A DNA stretch of 64,000 nucleotides from Guillardia theta CCMP2712 (taxonomy: Eukaryota > Protista > Cryptophyta), in the NCBI RefSeq assembly GCF_000315625.1, contig NW_005434668.1, positions 505,808 to 569,807 on the forward strand, in the 5' to 3' direction. The position numbers were made by a program, and so were the translations under genes. The notes under the pieces were generated by a model that had not been told where the DNA came from, did no database searches, and saw only the letters and a program-made list of their open reading frames with translations. Positions 51,405 through 62,960 of this stretch are shown here, piece after piece (the stretch's first letter is position 1; every line of letters starts with the position of its first letter).

Positions 51405-52985
51405 TTAGGACGAGCTTGAATCATGAGAATCGCTGTCAACCCTTCTTGTTCTGTTCAAACGAGCATAAGCAACAAGTGGAAGCAATTCACAAAGAATTGA
51501 CCGGGGATAATGATGCTGCCTTCTCGTTTCGTTGATCGCTTTGCCATACTGCGGCGCGTTCTTCAATATCTTGCCTGTCGCCTGTTCTGCAGTCAAGATC
51601 TCTCTAGCTCGACGACAAACCAGCATACCGGATGTCGCGTGTTCAAGAAACCATCGTCCTCGCTGTCGCTCTCGGAATCATCGGAGTCCTGCTTACTCAT
51701 CAGTTCTCGGGTGCATGGTGAAGGATTTGAGACTTGAAGATGAGCATGGCCTTTAGCATTTCTCTTGTAGTAGATTGAAAGCTCCGATTCTCCTCCGGCT
51801 GTTCATAAGAAGCGTCAGAATGAATTCTTCTCGCAGCCTGCACGCACATGAAAAGAACTTTCTGTCGGTCTCTCTGACCTCTTGCAGGATGTTACGCATC
51901 TGTTGCAGTCAGTTAGTGAGCGAGCAATCATCGACAATCGACCATGGTTCTCTGCTTTGCTCCTCTGTACATCCGCTGAATCAGCACTGACGCTCCCTGT
52001 CGGATTTCCTCCTCCGCCACATCTGCGAACCTGCACACCACAAACACATCACCGACGTCGAGCACTCATCTTTCTGCTCTACGTCCGGTTTGCAGCCTTT
52101 CGTCCTCTCATGCCGCGGTATGCGGCTTGCAACTTTAAGGCGCTCCGCTCTGCCTTGCGTATCCTCGCTTGTTCCATCATCAACCTTGTCCTAGGAGGCA
52201 ACAGGTGTGACAAACATCGAAGCATCTCTCGGTTCGATCTCACATCCTCCGTCCAATATGGCCTCTGAAAGTTCGCTGCACCATGCTCGCTGCCGTGTTG
52301 ACCACATGTTCTCTGCATGCCTTGATGATGTCTTGGTTCCCCTCATCTTCAGAGCGCAGAAGCTGAAGGAGTTGCGTGAGATGCAAGCAAGAGGTAAGAG
52401 CGACTCGCCTCCGCTAACAATTCAATGCTCATGTTGTCTTGGTCTTCCTGCCGAGATTTGTCAAAACACAAGTACCAACCTTCGGACTTGCCTCCTTCGT
52501 CTCGAATCGAAAAGATGTCCACGTTGATCCATCTTCAATCGAGGCTGCCTGGAACTCTTCTTGCAGCTTCGTCAAGACTGATAAGAAGATCGATGAGAAT
52601 TCATGCCTTGAAAGCATTAGCAAGGAAAATACAATCTTACCAGACTGCTGTGCCTGAATCTCCTCAATCAATTTTTCTTCTTCCTTTGTGAACACGATGG
52701 GAGCATTTTTCTCCACCTTTTCTGCAAACTGCAACAATCTATCGAATGGATTTGACATGGTGAGCGTTCTTGATCCGCTCTGGCTATTGCCCCTGCTTCA
52801 TAACTTGTCGTGCTTCAAAGGGGTCAGATCCTGAAGCCTAGCAGGCTCAGGTCGAAGTAGCGAGCATCAGGATGGAGGAGGAGACTCAAGGTTCGGCCAG
52901 TGCTGCAGCTGAACCCAGTGAGTGCGATCTAGTTGCCTTGCTTGTCCCTCGGCCTCTCAGCGGTTCTTGGTGGCCCTCGTAGCAT
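51405..52985 (-). CDS. IQ-motif-containing protein; multi-exon
   Basis: ALKLQAAYRGMRGRK IQ motif; boundaries approximate. Confidence 0.5.
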
Positions 52986-53068
52986 CGGCGGCTGGTAGCA
53001 TCCCTGGCACACCCGCCTCAGAGGTCGAACAGTGAAGCTATGTGGGGGGATGGGGGCCTAAATTTCAA

Positions 53069-53078
53069 TTTTGGCGCG
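53069..53078 (+). promoter_or_regulatory. E2F-like site TTTTGGCGCG
   Basis: Matches the TTTSSCGC consensus, ~350 bp upstream of the DNA polymerase ATG in a divergent promoter. Confidence 0.5.
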
Positions 53079-53428
53079 GGGTGGCGTGCGAAGCTGCTAG
53101 TGCCGGGGGCAAGCGTGAGGCAGAGAGAGAGGGGAGAGGGAGAGGGAGAGAGGGAGAGAGAGAGAGAGAGAGAAGTGGGGGAGAGGAGAGTAGAAGAGGA
53201 AGGAGGTGATACTGATTGTGCGTATAATGGTTTATCACCACACACCTTCGCAAGGGAGTTGACGTATTGACATCAGTAGTGTATGGCAATCAACTATGAC
53301 TTCCTAAACAACACAAACGATATGATGCTGCCTTGACAAAACAATTCAAATCATGATAAGTCTGTCCGAAATGAAACTCAAAGATAGGCTTTCATTGGAA
53401 TAGACCTTTGACATCCTGTCGATTGGAT

Positions 53429-56400
53429 ATGGCGAGAGAGCTTTCTCGACTCGCCTCTTTCGGTGTATTTTTATTTTTTATGCTCCTTCTTGTCAGCTTG
53501 AGTGAGGGGTTGTTGTTGAATCCCCGATTTGTATCGCTTGACAGCACGTCGACCAAAGCAAGTTTGCATAAACATGCTCGACTCGTTCTACGTGGGGGCG
53601 ATGACATGCTGCAATCTGATGCCGACAGCGTTATGGAGGATGCAGAAAGCGAAGAGGAAATCGAGCAGCTGAGCGAAGATCTTCCCGCTACTGAGACTCT
53701 CAAAGCTAGTGATGCCCTTCATCCGAGAGGTGCGTCAGAGTTGGAATCAAGTATGTCAGCTCAAACGAAACGAAACCTTTCAACGAAGCTTTCCTCATTG
53801 CGACGGGATCTGCCCATCGATCTCAACGAGACGTTGACATTCCAGTTACTTGATGTAGATTACACGCGCCCACAGAAGTCAAGTGAAACGATTGATCAAG
53901 GAGATTTCACCGTGAACGCGTTTGGGGTCACTCAAGAGGGTAAATCGGTACATGTTGCCATCTCAGGAGTTCTCCCGTACTTCTTCGTAAACCTTCCCAA
54001 GGCTTTAAATGAAGAGGAATGTAAGGTATTTCTTACGAAAGCTATCAAGAAGTTCGAATCGCAAGCAAGTCAAAACTACGGGTATTCGAGCTATCAGATC
54101 TCCGAATCGTGCAGGATTGTTAATTGCAGTTACGTCAGAAGAAGGAGCATTTGGGGCTATCAAAGAAATGAAAGTCATTACATGCAGATACTCTGTTCAA
54201 ACCCAGAGACTGTCAAGAGAGCAGCTACAATATTTAGACACTGGGATGCCTCACTTGACATGCAGGAGATATTTCCCAAGGGTCCAATCGTCTTCCAAAC
54301 TTTTGAGTCCAATGTGGACCCAATTACGCGGCTAACGACGGACTCAAATATCGTCATGTCTGGCTGGGTACAAATACCTGTCAACGATCTAAAGTGGAGC
54401 GATTCAAGAACAAGACTGTCACATTGCGACATCGACGTGGCTGCACATTTTTCAAAAGTGCAAGCTCTGCCCGAAAAAGAAGACGTCTCCCCCTTCTTGA
54501 TAGGATCGTTTGATATTGAGTGCGTGCCTGAAGGTGGAAGGGGGTTCCCAGATCCTAGCAAGCCATTGGACAGATGTATTCAAATCGGAACCATCGTCTA
54601 TAGATTCGGCGACTCAAAACCTTTAGCGAATATTGTTTATTGTTTAGGATCAGCATCTGTTGATGATGAATCTATCCACATTCGGGAATTCGAAAGAGAA
54701 GAAGATCTTCTCATGGCTTGGCAGCACCTTGTCGTTCATGAGCTTGACTTGGACCTCTTGACTGGGCACAACATCTTCAAATTCGATCTCAACTACATAG
54801 CTCGGAGGGCCCAAGTTCTAAAACTCCCAGAATTCTTCGAACTTGGTAGAATGAAAGGGAAGTATACTGCTATTAAGACCACGGATAGCCAAAGCAAGGC
54901 ATTCGGCCATAATCAATTTCACTACCTTCCGATGACAGGGAGGATGCAGATGGATATTTACCAGGTCATGACCAAACAACACAAATTATCTTCTTACAAA
55001 TTAGACAGCCTTGCTAAACACTTTCTTGGGATGCAGAAGGATGATGTCTCGCCAAAACAGATCTTTGAATTCCAGGTGAAAGATGCCTCTCACAGAGGCA
55101 TCGTTGCAAAGTATTGTGCGAAAGATTGTGAGCTTGTTTATCGCCTCATCGAGCGACTGGATGTTCTTCCTCAATTCCTGGAGATGTCCAAGGTCACAGG
55201 GGTAACTATGAACGACCTCAACACGCGTGGCCAGCAGATCAAAGTTTTCACTCAGATAGTACGTGAGGCTCGAGCGTCAGACTTCGTGATCCCTGACATG
55301 CGAGCTGCCCCCACATCAAGGGATGACGTGCAGTACCAGGGCGCTTTTGTGCTCCCTCCGCAACGCGGCATCTACCACGAACCGATCGCTACCTTAGACT
55401 TCGCGTCGCTTTACCCCTCCATCATCCGAGGAGACAACTTATCCTATGAGACTCTTGTGCAGAACGAGTGTGAACTAGACGAAGACACTCCGGTCTCTTG
55501 CATCCAAGTCGATCATGGAACGATCTGGGATGCTGAGATCACGATCGTGAAGGGTTCGTGCAGGTGTGTTGGAGCACTAGATGACGTTCAGTTTGTAAAG
55601 CTGATGTCCATGGTGGAGCCGGGAATGAAAGTTGTTTTCGGGACTTCCAAGAAGACAGATCCAGTTGTTGGTCCGACTTATCAAGTGAAGAGCGCAGGCG
55701 GAACTGCAATCGAGCTGGTTGACCCAATCCATCACATTGAAAGGGAGTTGACAGTCAAACGCGTCAAACTCTTGAAGGAGTACACCTACAAGTACGTACA
55801 ACACGTGGAAGGAATCCTCCCAAGAATCTGCAAGAATCTGCTCACTGCAAGGAAGAAGGCGAAGAAGGAAATGGCTCTCACGGACGATCCCATCAAGAAG
55901 GGCTTGTTGAATGGCAAGCAGTTGGCCCTCAAAGTCTCTTGCAACTCCGTCTATGGATTCACTGGCGCTGGCAGGGGTATGCTGCCATGTTTGCCGATCG
56001 CTTCATCGGTCACTGCTATCGGCCAGCAAATGATCAAGACGACAAGTCAGACTGTGCAAGAAAACTTCAATGCTACAGTCATTTATGGGGACACGGACTC
56101 GGTGATGGTGAACTTTCACTGCGGAGAAGGGCCGGAAGCTCTGAAGAAAGCTCTCGAGCTCGGGCAGAGGGCTGCAAAACTCGTCACGAGCAAGTTCAAG
56201 CCTCCCAACGAGCTCGAGTTCGAGAAGGTGTACATGCCGTACATCCTTTACAGCAAGAAGAGGTATGCGGGGCAGATGTATACCAGTCCAGACAAACCCG
56301 ACAAGATCGACGTGAAGGGACTTCAAGTTGTTCGGCGCGACAACAGTGAACTTCAGAGGGATCTGATGAAGAACCTGATCAAGACGATGGTGAAGGAAAT

Positions 56401-57189
56401 CACACAAGATGAGCTGACATGCATGGACAGTGGGGCAAGCAAACTCGAAGTGCTTAAGTCGCGCATTTCAGATCTAGTCCGTTCCTATAATCAAGATCTT
56501 GTACAAGGAAAATTCCCTTTGGAGAAGTATGTGATCTCGCAATCCATCTCCAAGAAAGGCTACGAGAAGACAAATGCTGCAGGCTTCAAGAGCGCAGCCC
56601 TCGGCCATGTCAAACTTGCAGAGAGGATGGAAAAACGAGAGCCTGGGACCGGCCCGGTAGCAGGGGACCGGGTGCACTACATCATCGTGAAAGAAGCCCC
56701 CCACCTCTCGCACATCAAGAATCGAACAATCGATGGCGTGACTTACGCGGCCAAGGACTGGCCCCCTCGCCATGAGAGGTGCGAAGATCCTACGTACGTG
56801 AAGGAGAAGAATTTGACAGTCGATCTCGCATACTATTTGGAGAACCAGCTGAAAAATCCGGTGACGTCACTGCTCGAGCCTGTCTACGACAAGAGCGAAG
56901 AGCTCTTTCTTGAAGCAGAGCGAAATCTCAAGAGCAAGTTGTCTGGAAACTTGATGTTGACCTCATTCTTTGCTCCAAAGCAGACAGAAAATGCACGTTC
57001 CAAGGTAGATGGAAAGAATGACGAAGTGAAGAAAGACAAGGGCAAAGGTAAGTTTGAAGTGGCAGGGACGAAGGTGAAAGACAAAGTTGATGTTTCTCTT
57101 CAGGTTGTGCAAGCGGTGGGACTCGAGTGATGGAGGACTTCTTCAAGAAAAAGAGGAAGTCAGATGAAAACAAGGAGGTATGCAGCTGA
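53429..57189 (+). CDS. Family-B DNA polymerase (Pol delta/NCLDV-like) with signal peptide + RLVLRGG presequence; one predicted 3' intron (57048-57103)
   Basis: ExoI SFDIEC, ExoII GHNIFKFDLNY, ExoIII KYCAKDC, DFASLYPSII, KQLALKVSCNSVYGFTG, YGDTDS, KKRYAG, GDRVHY; no CysA/CysB tail. Confidence 0.93.
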
Positions 57190-57316
57190 TGGAGGGCATC
57201 ATGAAAGAAACCTGAGGGAGATCTTTAATTTTGTACAAATGGATTTGCAAGAATCTCATCCTTGCACTTCTCATTGAGAGACACGTCGTGCTCTGTTTAG
57301 GAGATGAAAGTGAAGT

Positions 57317-59431
57317 TCACGTCTTTAGCCCATCGTAGCAAGTCTTTCCAGCGACATTCGTGAGTGTATCGTCTGCTCCTTTTGAGATCAGATAGTCTGC
57401 GAGCTCCTTGTACCCGACCGAGAAGGCGAAGTGCAGAGCTGTGTTGCCCTGGCGATCAGCCTGATTGGGATCGGCTCCCATACGCAAAAATCTCTTGGCT
57501 AGTTTCTTGTTCCCGTTCTGAGCTGCGACCATCAAGGCCGACTTGCCGCTGGCGTCTCTAGCGTTGACGTCAAAGCCTTGAGCGAGCACCTCCTCTATGT
57601 CCGCCTTGTTCTTGTGCCTTATGTGCCCGAAAAACGCTTCCAAGTCATTCGCGCTCAATTTCTTGACTGGCACAGCACTGGAAGCATCGTCACGGGGACT
57701 GTTGTCCCTACTTTCAGGTGGCTCTGTCTCTGGTCCTTCCTCCATGCCTTCTCCAACCGTCAACCCTCCTCCTTGCTCCACATTGTTCCGAAAACTCTCT
57801 GTGGCTGATGCCTTCGATTTCAAAGTTTCGAATTCCTTCCGTCGGTCTGAGATGACCTGAGAAGATTTGGCGTGCTGCGGGCTTGTCTTGCCGAGCTCAG
57901 AGAGGAGGTAGACCTGCTGCACCTCCTGCCCTGTCTTCTTCCTCGCAAAGGTCGCCTGCTCTTCTGTCTCCTTGCGATCCTGCAGCCGGATGCCCTCCAC
58001 GTTGGACCTGAGCCTCCGAGAATCTTTCAGTTTGCTCTGAAGTTTCGCGACAAGAGGCGAGAAGACGCTGTCATCGCTTCCTTCTGCCGCGACAGCATGC
58101 GAGGAGGCCTGACGCTTCGTCGCAGACAAGGCAGACTTGGTTCTTGATGTTCTTAGCTCCTCAGTATGTGCGTCCCCTCTCGCTCCTTCAGCACCATCCG
58201 TGCTGAAGATGACCCTGGGGTTGGTGAGGTCATCCCCCTGCAGGTGTCGTCGGATCGTGTCTTCGATCCAGCTCTCGAGATTTTCAAACATTCGAACTTT
58301 CTCAACCGCTCTCCAGACTCCCTCTTCAAAGTCTTCCTCATCATCCTTGAGCGTTTGCCCTGCAGAGGTCAGCAAACCTTCACCTGACCTCTCCTCGCTC
58401 CTCGTGCTTGCTCTTGACAGGTAGAGCGACCCAGGACCTCGGACCTGCATGGCATTTTGCTCCATGTCCACGGACTTCAACTGCATCTCCTTCATCGCAG
58501 GCCCTTGACTTGCTCTCGCGCTCCTGTACACCAGGCCCAAGGGTTTCTGGTCACCGAACGACAGAGACGATTCTCGTAGAGTGGTCAGAGACTGGGCGAG
58601 TGAAGGAGGAGAGTCCTCGGGCTCTCCTTCCTCGAACAAATGAGGGGCGATGTAACTGTCCGTCTTCATGAGACGCGGCGACGTCAACTGGCCCATGTCT
58701 GCCTCTGCGATCCTGCGGCGTGATAGGCTGATGGGCGGCAAGCTGACCTGCGATTGAGCATGAAGCACTTGAGAATGCACTTGCTGCTGAACCGAATCCA
58801 GCGAAAGTTGGGGATATGATGCCGCAATCTCGTTGACCTGCCTCAATCCAAACTGATGTGCGATGGCTGCAATCTTCGTGTCGAGTCTCGAGGTGGTTCG
58901 GGTGAGGGACGACAGCCGCTTTCTGATAGCTGATCGCTCTTCTTCCGAGACCAGGTTGGAGAGATCCTCCTCGCTGCGGACGTTGTTCCTCGTTATGATC
59001 TCCGCCCTCCGGCTCGAGGATCGACGCCAAGGGAGGTCAACACTGGACGACCTCTTGCTACGAGACTTGTTGCTTCCTTTCTTGCTCGCATCCGTTCGAA
59101 TGTTTTCGTAGTCTCTGCTGCGTTTCTCGTGCATTGTCATCGCCTCGAGCTTCTCATGCCGCCTGATGCTCGCAACCTTCATGTGATGATCTGACTCTAT
59201 CATCTCAACAGTCGCTGACTTCTCGAGCAAAGCCTCCAGCAGTTCCTCGTAAGCCTCCCGTATCTTGTTTCCCAGCATCTGCTTTTGTTCAGCGCTTCCC
59301 ATGGTCGACTGAGCTTGTCGAACAACTTTTCTCTGCTGTTCAACGTACATTTGATCTGACAGAGCAGCAAGAGCATCGCGGATGTCCCTGGTTGCCATAC
59401 TGCTGCAATGAGCGAAGCCTCTAGAGGTCAT
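57317..59431 (-). CDS. Protein with C-terminal ankyrin repeats
   Basis: Intronless 704-aa ORF; GKSALMVAAQNGN, GADPNQADRQGNTALHFA. Confidence 0.8.
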   Translation of the reverse strand: MTSRGFAHCSSMATRDIRDALAALSDQMYVEQQRKVVRQAQSTMGSAEQKQMLGNKIREAYEELLEALLEKSATVEMIESDHHMKVASIRRHEKLEAMTMHEKRSRDYENIRTDASKKGSNKSRSKRSSSVDLPWRRSSSRRAEIITRNNVRSEEDLSNLVSEEERSAIRKRLSSLTRTTSRLDTKIAAIAHQFGLRQVNEIAASYPQLSLDSVQQQVHSQVLHAQSQVSLPPISLSRRRIAEADMGQLTSPRLMKTDSYIAPHLFEEGEPEDSPPSLAQSLTTLRESSLSFGDQKPLGLVYRSARASQGPAMKEMQLKSVDMEQNAMQVRGPGSLYLSRASTRSEERSGEGLLTSAGQTLKDDEEDFEEGVWRAVEKVRMFENLESWIEDTIRRHLQGDDLTNPRVIFSTDGAEGARGDAHTEELRTSRTKSALSATKRQASSHAVAAEGSDDSVFSPLVAKLQSKLKDSRRLRSNVEGIRLQDRKETEEQATFARKKTGQEVQQVYLLSELGKTSPQHAKSSQVISDRRKEFETLKSKASATESFRNNVEQGGGLTVGEGMEEGPETEPPESRDNSPRDDASSAVPVKKLSANDLEAFFGHIRHKNKADIEEVLAQGFDVNARDASGKSALMVAAQNGNKKLAKRFLRMGADPNQADRQGNTALHFAFSVGYKELADYLISKGADDTLTNVAGKTCYDGLKT

Positions 59432-59934
59432 GACCGAGACTGTCTATACGTCTTGCGCTTCTTGTCGTTTCCGACAATTCTTGCCCCAACTTTCCTCGTC
59501 CTCGCCTACCGCATCCTCTCCCGTTTACTCCTTTCCCTCCCGCCTGCCATCATCAGGCCCTCAAAGGGTTGCTAACGGTTGTGGCCCACCTCCCCTGACC
59601 GACCAAGGTTGGGCTATGAGGACTATGTGAAGGAGAAAAAGTGAAGCGGGCCATCCCTTCAAATTTGTGGCTTCCACGAAACCCACAAATGGCAGTTTCA
59701 CCCCCTTTTTAAACCACAAAAGAACCGGTACTCTGATAAAAAACCCATTCATAACACAATCAGCACACGTCCACGCTCTATCTCCACCCCCCTCCCCGCT
59801 CATGCAGGAAGAAGAGTTTCTGGGTCAGACCAGAAGAAGCAGTCAGTTCATAAGACTGAGCTCAGAGGACGAGGGTGCCCTGGGAGTCCTGTCAAGAAGT
59901 GGGAGGCGGTAAGAAGAACCCAGGCCCTGTCACT

Positions 59935-60115
59935 NNNNNNNNNNNNNNNNNNNNNNNNNNNNNNNNNNNNNNNNNNNNNNNNNNNNNNNNNNNNNNNNNN
60001 NNNNNNNNNNNNNNNNNNNNNNNNNNNNNNNNNNNNNNNNNNNAACTCCCCCTCCCCCTCCCCTCCCCTCCCCTCCCCTCCCCTCCCCTCCCCTCCCCTC
60101 CCTCCCTCCCTCCTC
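59935..60115. repeat. N gap followed by (CCCCT)n microsatellite
   Basis: Seen directly in the sequence. Confidence 0.85.
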
Positions 60116-60234
60116 TCTGACTCGATGTCCGTTTGTCTTGTTTGCAAGAAGCTTTTGTCCCTCACTTTCCTCATCCGGTCCTTTCTTGCAGGCATCTATT
60201 TGACATTTCGTATCAGTTGATGTCGTGTAAGACT

Positions 60235-61817
60235 ATGGAATCCATCGAACGAGATGACTTCGAAAATCTTCTTTTTCCATCGAACATTTCTACGGAAACA
60301 CAAGATAAAAAGTTGATTAGGTTTTACCTCCTCGTCTGATCCTGCAGTATGTTGATTGACTGCTCCAGGTCATGCTGGGTGGATGAAACCAGCTGGGAAG
60401 AAGAGGAGGGCGAGAGTTCCTTGACAGAAGCAGGTTCGATTGACTTCCCGTCCGGGCCGAGGTAGACGAGGGAGACTGGTGTGAAATTCTCAGACAACTG
60501 AGCTTGCCGCAGCTGGTCGGAAACGTTTGATGATGGAAGCTTGCAAGGGGTTGGCGCCATCACGTGGCCGGATGGGTCATGCTATCACGGTGATAGCGTC
60601 GAGTCGTGCCGATGGTAGTTTGAAGGTCGGCAGGTGGACTGAGCGACAACATGCGGCATGGGCATGGAACGTACAGGTGGGCAGACGGTTGCACCTACGA
60701 GGGAGACTATGAGAACGACTGTCGCCATGGTGAGACCATCCTCCTCGAGGGAGTGAATGTTGCGACACTGTCCTGGTCAGGGCGAGGACACTACAAGGGG
60801 AAGCACCACCAGTACGATGGGAGCTGGAAGCATGACATGATGGACGGAGAAGTGATGAGCTGAGAATTGTGAAGGGGCAGCGCTGACGCTGAGTGGTCAG
60901 GGAGTTTACGAATGTCTGGATCAGAATATGAATGTCTTCCGAATCTTTCAAGGGAAATTTGAGAAGAACGCTCCTATTTCTGGTATGCTGCAAACAAGCG
61001 ATGGCCGGAAACGAAATGTGTGCTACGATGGTGATACGCCAGTGACTGGACATCCTTGGTGAGGAAGAATATCCAATAGGTGGAGTAACTGATTCTTTCC
61101 TTGGCATCAAGGCTGTGGAAGTCCTTGCGGTGGACTGAAGTCTGATCTGTTGCAAGAATGTCTCTGATAATGCTGTTAGCAGTGAAGATGAGCAGCTGAC
61201 GAAGCCGCTGGGGGAAGGGAGCGAAGAGTTTGAGATGGTTGCCGATCTCTTCTTTGCTTCAGTCCCTCGCTCCTCGTATGTCGAGAGAGGGAAGTGCAAA
61301 GGAGAGAAGACTGAAGGAAGCATACTCATGCAGGTTTGAAATCACCACCATCAGTCGGGTACACAACTATGGTCTTTGCAATCTCTATGAGGTCCAGGTG
61401 AAGCAGATTGACCGATCTCGAGCTTGACGTGTCAGTGCTGAATGAACCGATAGAGAGATCGCATACGCAACGAGATCCTCAAGCGAGGGATAGCCTGGGA
61501 GGCTTCCGTCATGGAGCGATGGGCATTTCAACGGCCAGAACCGCCAGATCATGGGCCGATGTCGTTCGTGTTACCGCAACTTGACAGCAGGTATATGCAT
61601 GGAGCAGACTTGTCTCTCATCAAGATGCTGATCATCTCGCAGCTGGGAGGACCCCTTGCAAGCAGTTATCAACGAGGGCTTCCTGGTGAACTCAGGTGAG
61701 CACAAGCATGCCGGGGCATCAAGTCTGATGCTGAGCTATAGGCTCCTGCCATGGTAGGCAGTTCGGGGCCGGCAAATACTTCTTTCGAGACGCCAAGTGA
61801 GTTGAGAGGAAGTTGAT
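60235..61817 (+). CDS. MORN-repeat protein; multi-exon
   Basis: MRHGHGTYRWADGCTYEGDYENDCRHG, GRGHYKGKHHQYDGSWKHDMMDGEG; boundaries approximate. Confidence 0.7.
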
Positions 61818-62960
61818 GCAGAGAGTGACTTCATGACAGCAAACAGCTTGGCTGCCACAGTGTCTTGCCAAAAGGCTCTCAGAAGACCTCGATGCTGCTA
61901 GCTCGAGTACGTTTGACCTTCACGTCACTGTCAGTGGCTAGAATTCTCAAGCTTGTCAGGTGGTGGTCGGACGATACGCGTTGGGTCAACGTGAGTGCCT
62001 TATGCCTCCGATTGATCCGACTGGTATGAACAACTCTTCTCCCCCCTTGTCTTCGCGCATTAGCTGAACTGAAGCTAATGGCGCAGGTAATCCTGGCCAG
62101 CACTACCACAGCATGGTCGATGACGTCGTCAACCCAAGCTGCTTTGTCATCCAGGTATCATAATCCTACTGCTGCTGCTCCTGATCTGGCACGTCCTCAC
62201 GTCTCAAGCAGAACAGTGCAAGCGCGTACCCAGCGTACCAGATCGATTACCGACCAGTCGAAAACCACTTACCCTGTACCATGTCTTCGGGGCAAAAGGT
62301 TGGCAACAAGAGGTGGAGGAGGAGGTGAAGGAGGAGAAGCAGGGGATCTGACTTCTCTGTGCACAGGAAGTGGGGAACAACCGCAGGTCCAACCCGCTGC
62401 GCTCTGTGATTAACCAGAAGAAATGCGTAGAGAAGCAGAGGCAGAGCTAACCACCGATCGACCTCGCGCAGGATGACGACAATCGTGATTCCCGCACAAG
62501 TATATGGCTGTACTCTTAGCCTAGTGCGAAGAATATATGAATTATGATGTATATCTCAAGGGGAAAATATCTCTCGTGTCTAACAGCCACTGATCAACAC
62601 AAGATGCTTGACAAGTACCACTGCAACTAAAAGTCGAGCCGACCCTCACGATTCTGTGGAGACAATTCATATTTCTTCACAAACGGAGAAACAATGTAGC
62701 CCTCTCAATTGGTTGAGAGTGGTAGATCATCACATCAAAACATAGCCACTGTACATTCGAGGAGTCATGCTAATGATGCTTGCCCACTTGACCCTTTGGG
62801 TGTCGAGTTTTCCTTTTACCCGGGTTCCGGCGATTGTTTCCTTGAAAGAAGACGAATTCTCAACCCCCCTCACACAACGAAAGACGTGGAATTACCATAG
62901 AACGGAGATATCTTCGCGTATAACGCTTTGCGAGTTTCAATTTTCTTGTCGCCGACCATG

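Noticed and set aside
55445-56105. Possible intein in the family-B polymerase
   Set aside because: The usual insertion sites (YGDTDS, NSVYG, SLYPS) are intact, and the insert has no terminal His-Asn followed by Cys/Ser/Thr and no LAGLIDADG motifs.
53000-57300. Endogenous giant-virus or Polinton insertion around the polymerase
   Set aside because: No capsid, packaging ATPase, integrase or terminal repeats; flanks are ordinary host genes and the gene has a host-type presequence and intron.
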